Part shown: positions 60,021-64,000 of the stretch, one piece after another
How the letters are laid out: each line of letters opens with the position of its first letter
How positions within the stretch are numbered: position 1 is the first letter of the stretch
Origin: Eutreptiella sp. 'Long Island Sound 2002'
Lineage: Eukaryota; Protista; Euglenida
Reading direction: 5' to 3'
Length of the DNA stretch: 64,000 nucleotides
NCBI GenBank assembly: GCA_964036045.1
Contig: OZ038378.1
Span: forward strand, 2,914,001 to 2,978,000
Notes under the pieces: model-generated
Database searches by the model: none
The model's input: only the letters and a program-made list of their open reading frames with translations
Told to the model about the DNA's origin: nothing
Position numbers and translations under genes: made by a program

Positions 60021-61228
60021 ATCACCTCGCAGAGGTTGTTAGATCAAAGCCAGGCAGGCGTATAAAGGGCAAAACGCCACATACCCCCCATTTTGGGCCT
60101 TTTTGGACCTATTCGCGTACCCTACCCCAAGGGGTTGAATTGTTAGTTTAACCCCTTGTAAAATCATTATTTTGTCCAATAAACACATCCCCCAATGAGT
60201 TTTTGGTCCGGACCCCCCAGACCCCCCCCACTTGAAACCCACTTTTTTGAGGTTTTGAGGGAGGGGGGGTGGGGGTGGGTCGAAAATCATGAATCTTTTG
60301 GTTTTTTTCGATTTTGAGCCGAAAAAGTGTTTCAGGGTCCTGACTCCATGGGGTTTGTATGGGGCGGAGTGGGACAAGCGCTAATACAGTTTATGCACTT
60401 TACAGCCATTTTTGGTATGTTGGCGGTTTTGGCGACCTTGGTGACCCCGTGGTACCCACTCTGAGGGGTGTGAGTAGGGATGTTGTGACAGTATATGCCT
60501 ACTAGGATACAGAAGGACGTTTTTTGCAGTCTCTAGCCTTGCTGAGGGCCGGTCAAATGCCCGTGCCAAAGACGCGAAATGGCTGTTTCCACCAATAATG
60601 GGCTAGTGAATGGGTTGGTACACAACCTGCTGCAGTTTGTCACCCTGGGCAGCTCAAAATCGAAGTTTTCGAAACTTATTTTTTTGATACCATGATCACC
60701 TACAATGACCATCCAAGGTATGTAAGGCATGTTTTAGGCCGTATTTACGTCTTTTTGACCCTATTTGGGTATTAGGTTCCGGGGGGGAGGGGTGGGGGGG
60801 GGGGCTCCCAAGGGATTGGTACACAACCTGCTTATGCAGTTTTTCAGCCTATACAGCTCAAAAATTGAAGTTTCCGAAACTTATGTTTTTGATATTGTGA
60901 TCACCTAAAATGACCATCCAAGGTATGTAAAGCATGTTTTAGGCCGCATTTACGTGTTTTTCACCCTATTTGGGTATTAGGTCCGGGGGAGGGGGGGGGG
61001 GTCTCCCAAGGGATTGGTACACAACCTGCTTATGCAGTTTTTCAGCCTATACAGCTCAAAAATTGAAGTTTCCGAAACTTATGTTTTTGATATTGTGATC
61101 ACCTAAAATGACCATCCAAGCTATGTAAAGCATATTTTAGCCTGTATTTATATTGTTTTCACCCTATTTAGGGTGTTCGTTGCTTGGGGTAGATTCTCTG
61201 CGAGGTGGACTTGCCGAAGGCAATAGAA
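60021..61228 (+). mobile_element. Helentron-like non-autonomous element, complete unit 1 of a head-to-tail concatemer
   Basis: 5' subTIR CACCTCGCAGAG (60023-60034); perfect 3' subTIR CTCTGCGAGGTG (61196-61207); hairpin TTGCC-GAA-GGCAA (61211-61223); three internal units of about 200 bp. Confidence 0.7.
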
Positions 61229-62460
61229 TCACCTCGCAGAGGTTGTTAGATCAAAGCCAGGCAGGCGTATGTAGGGGAAAACGCCACATGCCCCCCCATT
61301 TTGGCCTTTTTGGGACTATTCGCGTACCCTACTCCAAGGGGTTGAATCGTTTGTTTAACCCCTTGTAAAATCATTATTTTGTCCAATAAACACATCCCCC
61401 AATGAGTTTTTGGTCTAGACCCCCCCCAAACCCCCCCACTTGAAACCCCCTTTTTTGAGGTTTTGAGGGAGGTGGGGGGTGGGGTGGGGGGGTCGAAAAA
61501 TAACCCCCCCTTTTTTTGGGTCCAAAATCATGAATCTTTTGGTTTTTTTCGATTTTGAGCCGAAAAAGTGTTTCAGGGTCCCGACTCCATGGGGTTTGTA
61601 TGGGGCGGAGTGGGACAAGCGCTAATACAGTTTATGCACTTTACAGCCATTTTTGGTATGTTGGCGGTTTTGGCGACCTTGCTGACCCCGTGGTACCCAC
61701 TCTGAGGGGTGTGAGTAGGGATGTTGTGACAGTATATGCCTACTAGGATACAGAAGGACGTTTTTTGCAGTCTCTAGCCGTACCGAGGGCCGGTCAAATG
61801 GCCGTGCCAAAGACGCGAAATGGCTGTTTCCACCAATAATGGGCTAGTGAATGGGTTGGTACACAACCTGCTGCAGTTTTTCACCCTAGACAGCTCAAAA
61901 ATCGAAGTTTTCGAAACTTATTCCTATGATATTGTGACCACATGATATGACCATCCAAGGTATGTAAGGCATGTTTTAGGCCGCATTTACGTGGTTTTCA
62001 CCGTATTTGGGTATTAGGTTCCGGGGGGGGTGGGGGTCTCCCAAGGGATTGGTACACAACCTGCTTATGCAGTTTTTCACCCTGGGCAGCTCAAAAATCG
62101 AAGTTTTCGAAACTTGTTTTTTTTTTATGTTGTGACCACCTAAAATGACCATCCAAGGTATGTAAAGCATGTTTTAGGCCGCATTTACGTGTTTTTCACC
62201 TTGTTTGGGTATTAGGTCGGGGGGGGGGGGTCCCCCAAGGGATTGGTACACAACTTGCTCATGCAGTTTTTCACCTTGGAGTGCTCAAAAATAAAAGTTT
62301 TTGAAACTTGTTTTTATGATCTTGTGATTACCAAAAATGACCATCCAAGGTATGTAAAGCACGTTTTAGGCCGTATTTATGTGTTTTTCACCATTTTTGG
62401 GCACTAGGTCGCGGGGGGCGGGGGGGGGGGGGGGGCTCCTAAGGGGTCGGTACACAACAC
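61229..62460 (+). mobile_element. Helentron-like element, unit 2 of the concatemer (3' end not seen)
   Basis: CACCTCGCAGAG at 61230, 1207 bp after unit 1; its 5' ~600 bp is nearly identical to unit 1, followed by tandem units of about 195 bp. Confidence 0.7.
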
Positions 62461-62489
62461 GCTTAGTTTGTCACCCCGGGCAACTGTTA

Positions 62490-63288
62490 AATGCAATCGT
62501 CAGCCCGCGGACAAGGGGCCCCTGGCGCGGGGCGCTGCCACCCACATTGAGCATTGTGTCCGATCCATCTACTCCCTAAGCGGAGCCGCTAGCCTTGCTA
62601 CGCTAGTGGTGCCCCACTCAACAATGAGTGTGGGCGAAGCGTGGACCTGCGTGACCACCAGCATTTGGTGGTCGTGTGGCAACCCGGGAGTGGAATTGCG
62701 GTACACAATGTGCAATGTGGGGTGTTCCACTTGTTTGTTTGTTTGTTTTACAACTCCATATTGGCCGGTGTTGTTGCGCAACACACAAGGCAGGCTTCCA
62801 ATGGGGACCTCAAGAAGGCATGGGTTATGTTACGGGGCGTCAACCTTGGGGCCGGGGTTAGGTAGCCACTATGCCCACATGTTGGCCATTTCTGATTTTG
62901 TCCCCGTGCTAAGCATTGGAAGCCATTGATTTCTCCTCAGACCATTGGGAGCCATTGATTTCTCCTTAGTAGCGGGGGACACTTGTTCAATGCAATCGTC
63001 AGCCCGCGGACAAGGGGCCCTTGGCGCGGGCCGCCGCCACCCACATTGAGCATTGTGTCCGATCCATCTACTCCCCAAGCGGAGCCGCTAGCCTTGCTAC
63101 GCTAGTGGTGCCCCACTCAACAATGAGTGTGGGCGAAGCGTGGACCTGCGCGACCACCAGCGTTTGGTGGTCGTGTGGCAACCCGGGAGTGGAATTGCGG
63201 TACACAATGTGCAATGTGGGGTGTTCCACTTGTTTGTTTTTCACAACTCCATATTAGTCGGAATTGTTACGCAACACACAAGGCAGGC
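62490..63288 (+). repeat. Direct duplication of about 300 bp (62490-62795 and 62989-63288)
   Basis: AATGCAATCGTCAGCCCGCGGACAAGGGGCCC ... CAACACACAAGGCAGGC present twice; the spacer contains reverse units of the 6120-6480 family. Confidence 0.9.
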
Positions 63289-64000
63289 AATCAATGGATT
63301 GGTACACAACCTGCTTCTGCTGTTTTTCGCCATGTACACCTTTGTTGCATTGGAATCCGACAACATTTACGCATTGTGGGAACCGGATCTCGATTGTGTA
63401 AACATTTCCATTGTCTAATATCGTTTGGATTTTTGTTGTGCAAACATGCTTGCATTGCCATTCGGCTTGGCTACATTGTGTCTTGGGTTGAATGCATTGG
63501 GTTGCCATTACATATATCTCATTTGTATGAACTAGCCCTCCATTGTGTGGTCTTGATTTGCAATCTCCATTGGGTGAGCTAGCTGGGATCTTCATGTTTT
63601 CTCTAAGTTTGGAACGTCATTGTGTGACGTAGATTGGTCTTGAAGTTTTGCAGTGTGTGCAGTAATTTTTTTGGTGATGTGATGTAGATGTAGACACTGT
63701 GATATAGATTTAGACATCACCGTTCAAGAGACTCCAAGTAGCTGCAGTATCAAATTGTTGGCTTGGGTGTGTTTTGCTTGTTTTTCAGTCTCTACCATGA
63801 CAAAAATGTCGCATAACAAACACCGCAAGTATGCAAACCGAGTCAATCAGCAAACACGGGCCAGATTTCACCTGGCAGTTCATGACCCTGTGCCAAGCCG
63901 AAGGATTGTATCATGGTATGTGAATAGAATTGCTTTTTTGCTCCGGCATGGTAGTTGCTCTTTGTGATGCTGTAACATAAGGTTCGATGCATGGTGCAAT

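Noticed and set aside
60600-62400. Regularly spaced repeats as a CRISPR array
   Set aside because: Units are about 200 bp and repeat entirely with no unique spacers; no cas genes; eukaryotic context.
1-64000. Fanzor/TnpB, TET/JBP, rRNA, snRNA, telomeric arrays, non-conventional introns
   Set aside because: No RuvC/zinc-finger TnpB motifs, 2OG-Fe dioxygenase motifs, rRNA or TTAGGG arrays were recognised. Non-conventional introns cannot be called without transcript data.

Overview
Eukaryotic nuclear DNA, repeat- and intron-rich, most likely from a euglenid. This is inferred from a near-perfect euglenid spliced-leader (SL) match at 20461-20482, GT-AG introns and abundant G/C homopolymers. Almost all ORFs in the supplied track are spurious. 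Three host genes can be assembled by hand from phase-consistent GT-AG exons: (1) a minus-strand helical protein of unknown family running off the left edge (exons 379-5328, probably up to about 13.3 kb, with a duplicated exon); (2) a complete 3-exon, 427-aa GT-A-type glycosyltransferase-like gene (22144-27203); (3) a long plus-strand gene of unknown family with beta-propeller-like motifs (about 32.3-50.6 kb). Introns and intergenic DNA hold many mobile-element relics: a KDZ/Zisupton-type transposase whose two halves face opposite ways, a Helentron-like non-autonomous family with co-varying sub-terminal inverted repeats and a head-to-tail concatemer, a GGG...CCC TIR element carrying a decayed Ulp1 protease, a foldback element, and decayed tyrosine-recombinase and non-LTR RT fragments. 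No rRNA, tRNA or CRISPR array is supported. All family assignments rest on motif recognition by eye and need HMM confirmation.
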